Of a stretch of 64,000 nucleotides of DNA, positions 25,291-37,999 are shown one piece after another. This DNA is from Antedon mediterranea. Lineage: Eukaryota; Animalia; Echinodermata. The stretch covers positions 20,150,001 to 20,214,000 of the forward strand of contig NC_092671.1 of NCBI RefSeq assembly GCF_964355755.1. Direction: 5' to 3'. Numbering within the stretch: the first letter of the stretch is position 1; every line of letters begins with the position of its first letter. Under the pieces are notes generated by a model that had not been told where the DNA came from, did no database searches, and saw only the letters and a list, made by a program, of their open reading frames with translations. Made by a program: the position numbers and the translations under genes.

Positions 25291-26519
25291 TCCTCAGGCC
25301 CCACCCCAGGGGGGGGGGGGTGGTAGGTATGGGGGTGGGGTGACCCAAATACTTAGTGTGCAAACCCCCCCTTGACAGATCCTGGCTACGGCCCTGTACA
25401 GTATGCTGTAAAATTCCAAAAAAAGTTTATTTTCATCTTTTGTTTTTAACTTATATTACTGTTAACCTAGCCATAGTGTTACTCAGTTAGCAAACCTTCT
25501 GACATTAAACAACATCTACTTATAACAATATCATCAGTCAGATATTACGGTAAATATTCAAATAGCAATAAAAAAAAATGTTTAGAAATAGTTTAATAGA
25601 ACATACTTTTAGGCCACACATGAAGGTCTCCATGCTTACTGTTAAGCCTATCAAACTTCATCGGTGATAGTGTAAAAAGATATCAGATATTAAACCATGT
25701 ACTGAGCGAGCATGGTGAAACAATAATATTCATGTGCTAGCTATTCAGCAAACAACTAGTTCAATTATAATCACGGAAGCAATTTGAATGGCACATGTGC
25801 ATCAGGTGCATGGAAAATGGAATGGAAAATACAACAGTAGGATTCAGTAGGCCCGTTAAGATTAAAGAATGAAAAATCGATCTTACCTTAACGCAATATG
25901 CCCAAAAGGTCGAAAATAAAAATACAAATAACCAGTGCAAACAGTACAGTTATGCTAATTATTAATAGTTTTTGCTTCCTCTTCAACTCGTTTAGTAGTT
26001 CTGCATAGGTTGGGTAGCAAATTGTTAAATCATTTTGCACCATTATCAAGCACTGACTGAAACTGTGGAAAGAAATGGAACCATTAAAAATAGCTAATAC
26101 AGGGTAATGATAGCAATAATTGAATATTTTTGCATCTTACTTCTTTATTTTTTTAATGAAAATGTTGGATAACATATATCATTACATTCTCAACCATTTT
26201 TTTAATTAAACATCAAGCTACAGTACTGACTGTTTGAATGGCACATGCGCATAACTCATATCTGCAACAGCGGGTCGCCAGCAGCACTTAAAGAACATAT
26301 TCCACAAGAAATAAGACCAACTAAAAAGTCATTCTGTGCAATCCCCTTGAGGCTTGCTACTTAGACCTAGTCTAGGCCTAAATATATTTTTTGATAACAT
26401 TAAAAATATAAATTAGCATAACCAAATTTTGATTTATTCAATGTTTATATTACACATCACCCACCACCCCTAACCCTAACACCTCCCCCCCCCCCCACCC
26501 AATTCAGATTATAATTAAT

Positions 26520-27070
26520 AGCCTAGGCCTATGCCTACTAGGCTAGTATTAATGTAATTTGGACTTAAAACAAGATAGAAAATTGATAATTTTGAGTTCT
26601 TCTGGTAAAGTATTCCATATTTTGGGTCCTTGAAAAGATATATCATGCTTGCCAACCTCCGTATTTAAACAATCATAAGCATAATCTAATTTATTTCTGG
26701 TATTATGATTATGAACTGAACTAAAAGTTTGAAAATAAGTATAAAAAATCCTAGGCAGTTGATTATGTTTTTTGAATTTAAACATAAATAAAGCAACATT
26801 TTTTGTAAGTAAGTAGTAAATATTGAGTGTATTAAATAAAACAAAAAGAGGAGCTGAATGGTGGAGGTAATGTACATTATAAACTTCTTAATCTGAAAGC
26901 TCTTTTTTGCAAAATATAAATACGGTTTAAATTAATTTTTGAAGTAAAACCCCAAACTGTTTTTAATTTTTTTTTTAATGAGGCAAAAAAAGTGATTTAT
27001 AAATTTATAGTAAAACAGAGGAAGGCAAGGCATGTTTAAGTTTATTAAGGACACCGACCTGTGTTTTTAA
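26520..27070 (-). mobile_element. LINE (CR1/L2 group) 3' fragment
   Basis: HNHNTRNK...ISFQGPKIWNTLPEELK...FKSKL, the typical C-terminus of ORF2. Confidence 0.75.
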
Positions 27071-27959
27071 CTTATGATATTGATGAGAACTTGTATACAT
27101 TGCAGTCTGTATCATTAAACTGGACGAAGACTTTACTTCCTTTATAGATTATCCCCATACTTCTGGAAGCAATTATCCATGCTTATCTTGTCACTCTAAG
27201 TACTGAGTTGCAAAAGGCTGTGATGGCATTACTTCTCCGTCCTATACAACTCACTGTCCATTCTCAGAGAACGCATTTAAAGTAGCTTTTGTGGCATGCT
27301 GTACTGTAATTGTCATATGGGCTTCGCATGAGTCCGAGCGGTTTACTCATGTAGTCAGATAGGAGAAACGTCCAAGTGGTTTAATATAGTAAAGTTATTA
27401 GGTAAAGAAAAAATTCAGTAAAGTTAAAGTAAAAGTATATTTCTTTAATGAGGTCTTGCTGACCTGTGTCTGTTCACCTTCCTACCAAAACTAAAACTGT
27501 AGGCTCTTAACATATATCATCTTAACTATTTAAGAAACCCACCCTGACTTCTAATTGGCCAACAATATTCCAAGTAGTTTGACTAGTTAGCCTTCTTCAA
27601 AAATTGAGACAAAATTACTGTTAACTTTGTCTGTGGCTTCTTTTTCTAGGCCACATGGTACCATATGATATGTGTAACTGTAAGAGGAGTAACATGAGAA
27701 TATAAAACTGAAAATGTTCAAAGTAGTTTCAAATGTTCAGCTTGCAGTATTAATAATGCATTGTTTATAATTTCTACTGCTCCATCATCAAAATGTAAAA
27801 TTCATTGTTCATCAATGGTATGGTGTCCACTGTGTTAAATTTAATGTTATCTTTCAAATCATAAAATTTTCTTCAAAAATCATACTGTCAAAAACTAAAA
27901 GTAAAATATCAATCAAATTAATTACATAAAAGTTTTTCTTCAACGCTACTCATTTCACT

Positions 27960-30250
27960 GTTGCACTGCTCTCAATCAGAAATGTAACTAAATTAAAACA
28001 GCTCCAATTCAGTTTGGAGTAAAAATGGTTTATCAAAGTTTGGTGCTCTTAAAATTGGGTGAGCAATAAGCTGAGATTTTATATCTGTGAATGCTTGATC
28101 ACACTCTGGCGTCCACTTTACTCTCTTTGGTTCTGCTTTCTTAGTTAAATTTATCAAAGGTCTTTTGCTATGTCATCATAGTGTAGAATGAACTTATTAG
28201 GAAAATCATCATAAAAAATACATACAAATTGATAACATAACTTACTGACAAATATACATTTATAAAAGATTTTCCAGCATAGCCCAAAAAGCTTATTAGC
28301 TTTATTTCCATTGGGATTCTTTATGTCCAAGGTAGTTTACAGTGCTGTTAGCAAATTTCGATTTAGATAGCTTAATAGTAAGACCAGCTTCTGAAATTTT
28401 ACTTAATACAATGTCTAAGTGATTTAAATGATCTTGCCACGTATTAGAAAAAATTGAAATATCATAAATATATTGTCTGCAAAATGCGGAACATCCTATC
28501 AATACCGTATCAACTAGTTTTTTAAATGTTGCACTAGAATTCGTCATACCAAACGGCATGACCCTATATGAAAACTGCCCAAATGGTGTCACAAATGCTG
28601 ATTTTACTTTAGCTTGCGGATCTAGAGGTACTGTACCTGATAAAATCCCTTAGTCAAATCTAGGGTTGAGATATACTTAGCTTTTGCTACATCGTCAAGA
28701 ATCTGATCTATCCTAGGAGGATAAGGATCAAACTCAGTTATCTTGTTCAATATGCACAGTAATCAGTGCACACATGAATATCACTGTTAGGTTTTGGTAC
28801 AACAACAATAGGAGACGCATATGCACTCTAGTTGACTTCTCAATGACCCCTAAACTCAACATACTGTCTTCCTCTTCTTTGACTTTTGTCATCATTGATT
28901 GTGGTGTTCTGTAAGCATGTCTGATTGGTGTTTCATGAGTAGTTTTTACTGTATGTGTAAGTATTATTAGTTTTTCCAGGCACATCAGAAAAAAGCTTTC
29001 GTATGTTTGGTGTATTGGTTATTTCCCATTTTTGTTTTGTAGAAATGGAGTCTGCAATTTTTACGTCGTTCAATGTTTGTGTTTGTTTATAGGATGAACC
29101 TATACTGTCATCGAAAAATTGTGTTTCGAGGTCATAATCAACAGGCTGAACAATCGATTCATTGCCTGTTTCTTGAATTACCCCAGTCCCACAGTAACAT
29201 TGAGATATTTGCCGAGCATCTTCTTGTGTGTACCATTTTTTTTATTAAGTTAGCATGTGTAATTCTATGAGATTTACGTTTATCAAAATATGTATTTCAT
29301 AATCCACCTCACCAATGTTTTTAGTAATTTTATATGGACCTTGCCATTTGGAATCCAACTTTCCTGTGCCTTCTGGGAGGAAAATTAAGATCTCTTCACC
29401 GACTTTATAGTGTATATCTTTTGCAGTTCTTTCATAATAAAGATTTAATTTTCTGTTGCTTTTTCTGTTTTAAGTTTGATTTGCACTAGCCATCCACTTA
29501 TTTAAGTTTTGAGCTATCCCAGGTGTGGTATATGTCTGTTCTCACCAAGGAATATTTGTCTACCATATAGTAAGGGAAATGGTGAATATCCTGTGAATTC
29601 ACACGGTACATCTGTATAAGAAAATAAATGGATATATCTATCACATGGAGTTTTCTTGTTGGACATGAGACAGTGAATTTATCATAAGTTTCAATGTACT
29701 TATAAAACGCTCCGTATATCCGTTAGTCTGTTGGTGATAAGGCGTTTTTTACATAGTTCTACGATAATTTGTGACATATTGGTACCTAGCTTGGTCATGA
29801 ATAATTTGACTAGGTAAACCAACTCTAGAAAATACAGTAATTAAACTCTGTGCTACAGTTACCCCCATTTGATCGGGTATTGGTATAGCTTCTGGATATC
29901 TAGTTGCAGTCACACAATACTAAAAGATATCTACTGTATTCCCATCCTCTGTAACAGAAAATAGACCCCAATATATCTATCCCAATTCTTTTAAATGGGA
30001 TATCAATGATTGGTAATGGTCGCAATAATTGTTTTTGTTTCTTTGTTTTTGTCAAATACTGATATTGAGGACATGTTTTACAGTGTTCTCTAACTTGATG
30101 GTGTATTCCAGGTCAATAAAAGTGTTGGATGATCCTATCCTGTGTCTTTTGGACACCTAGATGTCCAGTTTTATCATGCGCTATATTTATTATGTGTTCT
30201 CTGTACTCCTGTGGTACAACTATTTGGTCATCAATTTGTTTGCAGAACAG
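27960..30250 (-). mobile_element. Gmr1-type gypsy LTR retrotransposon relic (INT upstream of RT-RH)
   Basis: In minus order: H2C2 zinc finger (AHDKTGHLG...CKTC), INT core (ATRYPEAIP, TPYHQQTNGYTERF), KWQGPY, RT (TLDLTKGFY, VMPFGMTNSSATF), then the RH linker (WTPECDQAF...PILRAPNFDKPFLLQT). Confidence 0.85.
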
Positions 30251-31254
30251 CTGTAAAACGATAATATTGCGGTAATTCTCGAACGCCGGCTTTTGTGTGA
30301 AGACCGCTTTTGCTAGACTGCCCCCGGACATGTCAAATTGCGGTAATATTACCGACGCGGTGTTATCCCTGATCTGTGTGAAAATGTCCACTAAATAAAT
30401 GGCTGATTTCGTGAAACATAACGAAACAAGGTCTAAGTTTAGACATTCCTGGGAGATAGGCCTACACAACAAATCCGGGTTTTTTTAATTTCAGTTCAAG
30501 ACATGTCTTCTTGAAATTGAGAAACCTTGCAAAAGAGAGTGAAGGGAAATTTGTAAATTTAAAATTTATATTTAAAAAAATAAAAAAATATCTAGGCTAG
30601 CCTATGCCTAGTGTTTCGTGTGTCATACCCTTATACAAGAAACAAGAATAGACTCTTGTACTTGTGATTATTCAAGTATTATTACAGAACATATAATGAT
30701 ACGTTCGCCATCATCTAAGTCGATCGAGAGAGAGCGAGCCATTTGTACATTAAATATGGTAGTGCGCCCTCAGGTGTAGCATCACGTAACATCTTTCTTT
30801 CTTTAATAAAGTTAATGTTTATCTCATTTTCTTTTTAACTTTAGCTAACGTAAGGAATAAAAAACTAACGTAAATTAATACAACACTTTTGATTTATGCG
30901 AGTTGTTTCGCTTAGATAGCATATAGTTTGGTGAGGTTCCTTAACTTATGAAGTGGTTTATTAATTATTTACAGTGTATCTATATCCAATACAATATACA
31001 TTCTTTGTCGGATTTCTGTCAAAAAGTGATTATTTACTGTTGCGTATTCATAAAGTTCTGTAAGTGTTCAAGTATTATATTCATTTCGGAGGATTATAGA
31101 TCCAGTTTTGTTGCTTTCTTGCTGATTCTGCCTGAGCGGGTTACATAATGTTCGCCTTTTACTGTTGTTGGTGGTTAGGTAGTTGTTGAGGTTCTGGATC
31201 TTTTGCTGTTTTGGTTATTGTTGGAGTTGGTGTCATTGTTTTCTTTGTGATTTT

Positions 31255-31950
31255 GATTTGATTTTGATTTGATCACTTTATTTCAGAATAAATATTCCAT
31301 ATATACTATATATACAACAAATAATACAATAGCGGAAAATCAAACTAAAATAGGAGTTTTTTCCACTTAGTGTAGAGATTTGAATATCGGAACAAATAGT
31401 TTGTGGTACACCTAACCAGATCGTTTTCACTATTCACAATTCTTAATCTAAAACCATAGACGCACTTGCGTACATGCTCGTAGAAAGAGGGAATTCTTCT
31501 TGTGGCAAACATGTTACTAGCACTACAGTGCTTAGGTAAGCCTAGCAACATTCTCAATGAGTTGTTGTAGCACACCTCCAAAGATTTAATAATCTTAACA
31601 GTGTGGTTAGACCATAACATACAACAGTACAGATTAGTACAAAACGACCTGAACAGATTACATTTATTACCTTCTCATTACATCTACTAAAACGTCTACA
31701 AAGAGTGTTTACCTCGAATGCAAAGAGCTTGATACTGGCGATTAATGCCATTAGAATCATTATTAAGTAAAATATGACCTAGGTAAGTCACTTCATTGAC
31801 GTAAGATAATATATCATTATTTAGCATAATATTTGATACCACTTTACCATGTTTCTTCTTTGGAGAAAAAACCATACAGACAGATTTTATGTTCTAAACC
31901 ATACTGCTCACATATTTTAACCATATTTTTTAACCCATAATATATAATAT
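31255..31950 (-). mobile_element. 5'-truncated LINE (RTE-X/Proto-like C-terminus) nested in the Mag element
   Basis: YLGHI, LW.....K.LEVCYNNSLRMLLGLPKHCSASNMF, AATAAA plus (ATCAA)n-type tail. Confidence 0.7.
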
Positions 31951-33297
31951 TTTTTAACCCTCTTGTGTTTCATTTGTTGTTTGTGTTTTTTCTTGTGATT
32001 TGCTTTCATCTCTTGATTTTTTTAGGAATCTCCGTCCTCTCTGGTAGCTTTTCCCATTTTCAGCGACAACTTCATATGAGTGTGAGCTCACTCGTTTAGC
32101 CACTGTCGCTTGTTTCCATTCTTTTTTTCCAGAGTTGATAGTTGCATTCTTACAGTGTCACCTGGTTCTAAAGGTTTCAGGTTTTCATCAGGTTCCAATG
32201 TAGTTTTTCCATGTATGATAGCATCATCTGCTATGCACACAACACCTTCCAGACCATCCAGTGCTTCAAGTAGTTTCCGTTGGACGATTTCTGATTATAC
32301 ATTTAATCCAAATGGTAGACGTTTCCATCTTTATCTTCCATATGTGGTTTGGAATGTTGTCAAAAGACTTGATTTGTGATCTAGCTGCACATGCCAGTAT
32401 CCTGACGACAAGTCTGCCTTGGTAAACGCTCTTGATTGTCCCAATGTGTGTACAGTATCTTCCAGTAATGGTAACGTGTATCGTTCTCTGATCAAGGCTT
32501 TATTCAACTCCTTAGGGTCAATTATACATACCCTTAGGTCATCGGAGTTCTTTTTTGGTGTTACCACTAAAGCACTCATCCACGGTGTCTGTTCTTTTAC
32601 CGGCGTAATGACATCCATTTAGTTTTGGCCTAACTGCAATTGGTATTCTGCGTGTTGCCATGATAGTGGGTTGTATGGTTTGGTTTGTGTGCCAGGTAAC
32701 AAGTCCTGGTAACTTTCCTAGTCCACCATTGAACACTTTGTGGTCTTGAGTATCTTTTCTTGCTACTGCTATTCTATCCATCATGTCGGTGTTGACCTTT
32801 ATCAGTTTCATTTGATGCGCTGCTCTGTATCCTAATAGTTGGGGTGAAGTTATTGTCTGTGACTACAAATTCGACTTCTTCCTATTGGCAGGGTTGCGTA
32901 TCGTGCATCTGCACATCCCAATCGATTCTACTTTTGTGTCGTTCCACATTGTCAACATCTTTGTTTTTCTTGTGATGTTCGTAGCAAATTTTTCTGGTAA
33001 TGTGTTTACTGATGCTCCGGTGTCAACTTGGAAAATGATATTTTCTCCATGTATCTTCATTCTGCATTTCAAATCTTTGTTGGTTTTTATGCTTTTTATC
33101 CATTCATCTTCGTCTGATGTATACTCATTATCGGTATCGGCGTCCGTATCAGTATCATTTTCTATGCCATGTACTCTTTTAGGTGCATACTTCTTTGTTT
33201 TGGCTTTGCATTTCTTAGCAAAATGATTACTTTTCTGGCATTTACTGCATGTTTTCCCCCATGCTGGACACTTTTCCTTCTTTCGGGTGTAATGGTA

Positions 33298-33599
33298 TAC
33301 AAATAATGAATGTTTATGAGTGCAATGGTACAAATAATGGCACGAGGTGAATGATGAAAGGTTATATCAACGAGGCAAAGCCGAGTTGATATAACCTTTC
33401 ATCATTCACCAAGTGCCATTATTTGTACCATTACACGAATACAAAACATTCATTATTTGTTTTATATAACATCTAAATAACAAACAAAAATGTTTCAAAA
33501 AGTACTATTTAACGATCGTTGAATAGTGCGTACTATTGCACGCCATGTGACCCACATTCGTCCAATCAAATGACAGGAATTTATATAGGTGTTATATAA
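33298..33599. mobile_element. Palindromic non-autonomous element, Crypton-like
   Basis: About 160-bp hairpin centred on CGAGGCAAAGCCGAG, a second IR pair TTATATAACA/TGTTATATAA, inserted at a TA in the gag zinc knuckle. Confidence 0.55.
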
Positions 33600-33603
33600 T
33601 ATC

Positions 33604-34424
33604 TGTTATGCGCGATTTGAACGATTTGCGCAATTTAAAATTGCGCAAAGAATTCCTTGCGCAATTTGAATTGAAACATCTGTTTCAAATTGCGCAAGCA
33701 ACGTATTAAATTGCGCAAGTAATCTGCAAATTGCGCAAGGTTTTTTTCGACAGATTGTGAAATCATGCACACCCATATTTTTATAGTAATTTCTAAGAAT
33801 GATTCAAAATTAAAGATAATATTGCATTTCCTTATTTTTTATAGTAGTGAAAATATTGTTATTGTTAGCATACCGTCGAAAACCCGACAAAGGACCACAA
33901 AGGTGGTGTTCCCGGCGGGCACGTGCACGGCGGGCACGTGCACGGCGGGCGGCTAAATCTACTCTAGCCTACTACTGGCTATGTTTTGATAGCAAGTCTA
34001 AACGTTGGTGGCGGTAGACTATGTTGTGTATTACTACATGAATTTTTGTTATTTTTACATTTATTTTGATTTATTTTAAGTTACAATGAGTGATAATATT
34101 ATTTAATTGTGTATGCCATTTATGTTGTTATCTTCGCATTTATTATGTTTCATTTTGAGTTAATAGTTTTGAATAAATTATTATTGTTAACCGATCGTCG
34201 ACGTTAGCACGCATTCTGGTAGAATTCTGCTGCGCAATTTGACAATTTTACAAATTGTGCAGCGCAATTTGAAATTGCGCAAGGATTTTCTTGCGCAATT
34301 TGATATTGCGCAAGTTGATTGCGCAATTTAATATTGCGCAAGAAAATCCGTGCGCAATTTGAAATTGCGCAAGAATTCTTTGCGCAATTTCAAATTGCGC
34401 AAATCGTTCAAATCGCGCATAACA
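33604..34424. mobile_element. Ginger-like non-autonomous DNA transposon
   Basis: TGT...ACA termini, TIR TGTTATGCGCGATTTGAACGATTTGCGCAATTT, 4-bp TSD TATC, many subterminal TTGCGCAA palindromes. Confidence 0.75.
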
Positions 34425-36119
34425 TATCCACAGTATTTACAATCAATTGTCTTCTCATACTCATGTTTGGCTGTTGGTTTTTTTTGGTATGTTTCTTTTT
34501 CTTCTCTTTACTTATTTTCTTTATTGTTCCTGGCTCTAAGTCTTTCAATTGACTTGATGTTGCTTCTGCAGTTTTACAGATTATTATTGCATCTTGCAAT
34601 GATAGGTTTTTCTTTTGTAGTAAAGTTTTTCTTGTTTCACTATCTTGTATACCTATAACAATTCTATCTCTAAGGAGAGATTCTTCGATTGTTCCAAAAT
34701 TGCATGTTTTGGCTAAGGAGCGTAGTGCTGCACCATATGCTTCCATAGACTCCCCTGTCTTGGTCTATTTTATTGAAAATGTACCTTTCATATGTTTCAT
34801 TTTTTTCGCCTATTATGTATTCATCTAGTTTCTTTGTAATGACTTCTACGTCATTTTCGTCTTCACTCTCTTTGAATGTGAGACTGTTATAGATCTTCTT
34901 TACGATATTCTTTATTATGTTTTGACAGATCTGTTATCACTGCATAGTTTTTATACATCTGCTTAAACATTTTCCATTCCTCTACACTGTCCTCTTTTAG
35001 TTTAAGTGGGGCTGGAGGATGGATGTTTGTTAGCGGTTTTGCCTGGCGGCGCTGTTGCTCTTCTCCTTCCATTGTCTATTCTATCTAGCCTAGGCCTAGG
35101 TTCTTATTCTTTGGGTATGCTGACGTGAGTACTTACACAACATTTTCTTTCTATTAGTTGTCTAATTTTGTTTCACGCCGCTGCCACCATGTTTCGTGTG
35201 TCATACCCTTATACAAGAAACGAGAATAGACTCTTGTACTTGTGATTATTCAAGTATTTATTACAGCACATATAATGATATGTTCGCCATCATCTACATC
35301 GATCGAGAGAGAGCGAGCCATGTGTACATTAAATATGGTAGTGCACCCTCAGGCGTAGCATCACGTACACCTAGGTACAGTAGGTCCTATGCCTATAGGA
35401 GGCCTATTGATTGTTTGTTTGTTGCCTATTAAATTATTATTATTAATAATTAGTAGGATAGGCCTAATCAATAAATATTAATATACTTTGTCTTTACTAC
35501 ATATAGAATTAGAATTGGTGTATCAATTATCTTGGCAGGGCAATATTGCTTGTAGTCGTGAAGTTTAAAAATAGGACTAGTTTTATTTTCACACTAGTAG
35601 GCCTAAGCCTACTACAGTACTTTATTATTGGTAATTTTGTAGCCTGGATAGTGAAACAAATCTAATCATATAGCCCAGATATATATATTATAATAATAAC
35701 AACTTTATTTAAAAACGAATGCAACACTTGAATCACTATATTGGTGTTTTTCACAAGCCTGTTACTTACTACAAAACTACTTACACAAGTTATCCTTTAC
35801 AGTACATACGATTAAAAAACTATACAAAAAAAATGATTTTTAGGCCTAGGTAGGCTAGGTATATTATGTCATCATTTATTTTGTTTGAAGGATTATGTAA
35901 TTTAATACCTCAGGCCTACAGGTAGGCAAAGTGTCAGTATTAAATCATGAAGGTTCTTAGTTATTTATATGATTTATATTGTATTGTATTATGCTGTATT
36001 ACTATTAGTTATTACAATTTTTCATTTATAGTTGCTGCAATTTGTTTATGAAATAAAGCGATATTACTTGGTTTTTTAACCAAAAAAATTGAATAATTTT
36101 TATTATGTGTAATGGTTTA

Positions 36120-36885
36120 AATTTGACGTCGATAAAATGTTGAAATCGTGACGTTTAACACAACGTTAATCCAACTTGTAATGATGTCGTTGCTCGACGT
36201 CGATTCACCTTTCAAATCCAAGTGTGCATTTCAACATTGTATCGACGTCGTGACTGGACGTCGAAGTAACGTTTATATTTGACTTTAAAACAACGTCAAA
36301 CAGACGACTAAAATCCAACATTTTATCGACGTCGTGACTGGACGTCTTTTTAACGTTGATATCCGACGTTGAAAACTGACGTCGATTCAACTTTCAAATC
36401 CAAGTACAAAACAACGTTGTATCGACATTGCGACTGGACGTCGATGTAACGTTTATATCTGACGCTGATATAACGTCAAGAAGCTGACGTCGATTCACCT
36501 TTCAAATCCAACTACAATCCAACGTATCATCGACGTCGTGGCTGGATGTCGATGTAACGTTAATTTCCGACGTTGACATGCCGTCGTTTCGCCTTTCAAA
36601 TCCAACTACAATCCAACGTATCATCGTCGTTGTGGTTGGACATCGATGTAACGTTGATTTTCGACATTGAAATAACGTCACAAAAAGGACGTTGATTCAC
36701 CTGTCAAATCCAACTACAATCCAACGTATCATCTACGTCGTGACTAGACGTCAAATTAACGTTGATATCCGACGTTGGCATAATGACGTCGATCCACCTT
36801 TCATATCCAGCGTCTATTCAACAGCGTGTCGACATCAGGGTTCTACGTTGATCCAACGTCAATCCAACGTGTTTTGCCCACTGGG
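36120..36885. mobile_element. CACTA-like right end with about 85-90 bp subterminal tandem repeats rich in GACGTC/AACGTT
   Basis: Terminus ...CAACGTGTTTTGCCCACTGGG (CCCAG-type TIR). The partner end was not found. Confidence 0.6.
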
Positions 36886-37999
36886 ACACCCCTCCCTTCA
36901 ATGGCATGAGTAGCAAGAATCACATGCCCTAATGCAAAACAACTTTGAGGGTAGAAACTAACTTAAGTATGAATTGGCTCTAAGAAACAATTGAAAACCA
37001 TCAGGCCTACTAATTAAGTTGAGTTAGATAATTTAGTCCAGTCAATCTATTGATATTTAGAGGTAAACCCACCACAAATTGCAATAGTAACGAAACATTG
37101 ATTTTTCATTCCAAATGTAGTTTAAAATGACATATTAAAAGTCGCCGAAAATTGAACACATTATTTTTTACAAAAGCTCAACACTATATAGTGATTTTAT
37201 TCTGTAAATATTTTTGGGGTAGGGGGTAACATTTATGCCCATAATTTGTGGATTTATAATCCAATCTCAATAATCTTGATATCAATGTGTAGAATATATA
37301 TTTATTTCTAATATGCAATTTAAAACAAAATAATACAACACTTATTTATATAACTAGAGGTTAAAAGGTTATTGACCTTTTACAAAAACTAATTGTTTTC
37401 TTCAAAAAATGATTAACTGCAATGTCGTATCCCATGAATGCATTGCGGATGCATTTAATCAAAATTGTGTTTTTCTGTACCTATCAATATATAAAATAGG
37501 AAAAATAATGTTAATGTTATAAGTATTGATGTACTATTCTTTAATTGAAATTGATTCTTAATGTAATGTAAACAATTTTGGGGTAGGGGGTAATGTTTAT
37601 GCCTTTAATAATATATATATATAATATACTCATATCTAAATAACTTTAGTACCAATGTGTAGAGTATATATATGCTACTAATATACATTAAAAATCAATT
37701 AATACAGTTACACGTAACTAGAGGTCAAAAGGTCATTGACTGCAACGTCATATTCCATAATTGTCGATGTATTTGATGAAACTTGTATTTTTTCTGTACC
37801 TATCGTCATAAGAAATAGGAAAAATGATGCTAGCTAGAAGAACATTGAAATTCATTAGCGGTATGTACTATTGATTCTTGATAATTTAGAATCAACAAAT
37901 CATGATTTTATACTATATAGATTTTTGATGATATAAGTATCAATGTATTAACCTATATATTGTTTAATTCTTCAAATAGAAAAGGACTCACAACTTATA

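Larger units (their letters stand above)
19614..25396. mobile_element. hAT-like non-autonomous element with 5-bp TSD (hAT5-like), hosting nested insertions
   Basis: TIR CAGGCCCGTAGCCAGG / CCTGGCTACGGCCCTG (1 mismatch); TACAG at 19609-19613 and 25397-25401. Confidence 0.7.
30612..35369 (-). mobile_element. Gypsy (Mag-like) LTR retrotransposon, internally deleted, with three nested insertions
   Basis: 180-bp LTRs 30612-30791 and 35190-35369; 5-bp TSD CCTAG; PBS TGGTGGCAGCGG (tRNA-Leu-like); PPT; gag (LRDRIVIGI, CCHC knuckles), protease VDTGAS, RT (ADLSSGYWH, IADD). Confidence 0.92.

Noticed and set aside
24954-25304. 116-aa ORF as hAT transposase N-terminus
   Set aside because: No BED/TTF zinc finger or catalytic motif recognised; it lies in a tandem duplication.
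36120-36885. Regularly spaced palindromic repeats resembling a CRISPR or iteron array
   Set aside because: The whole unit of about 88 bp is repeated and ends in a CACTA-like TIR.
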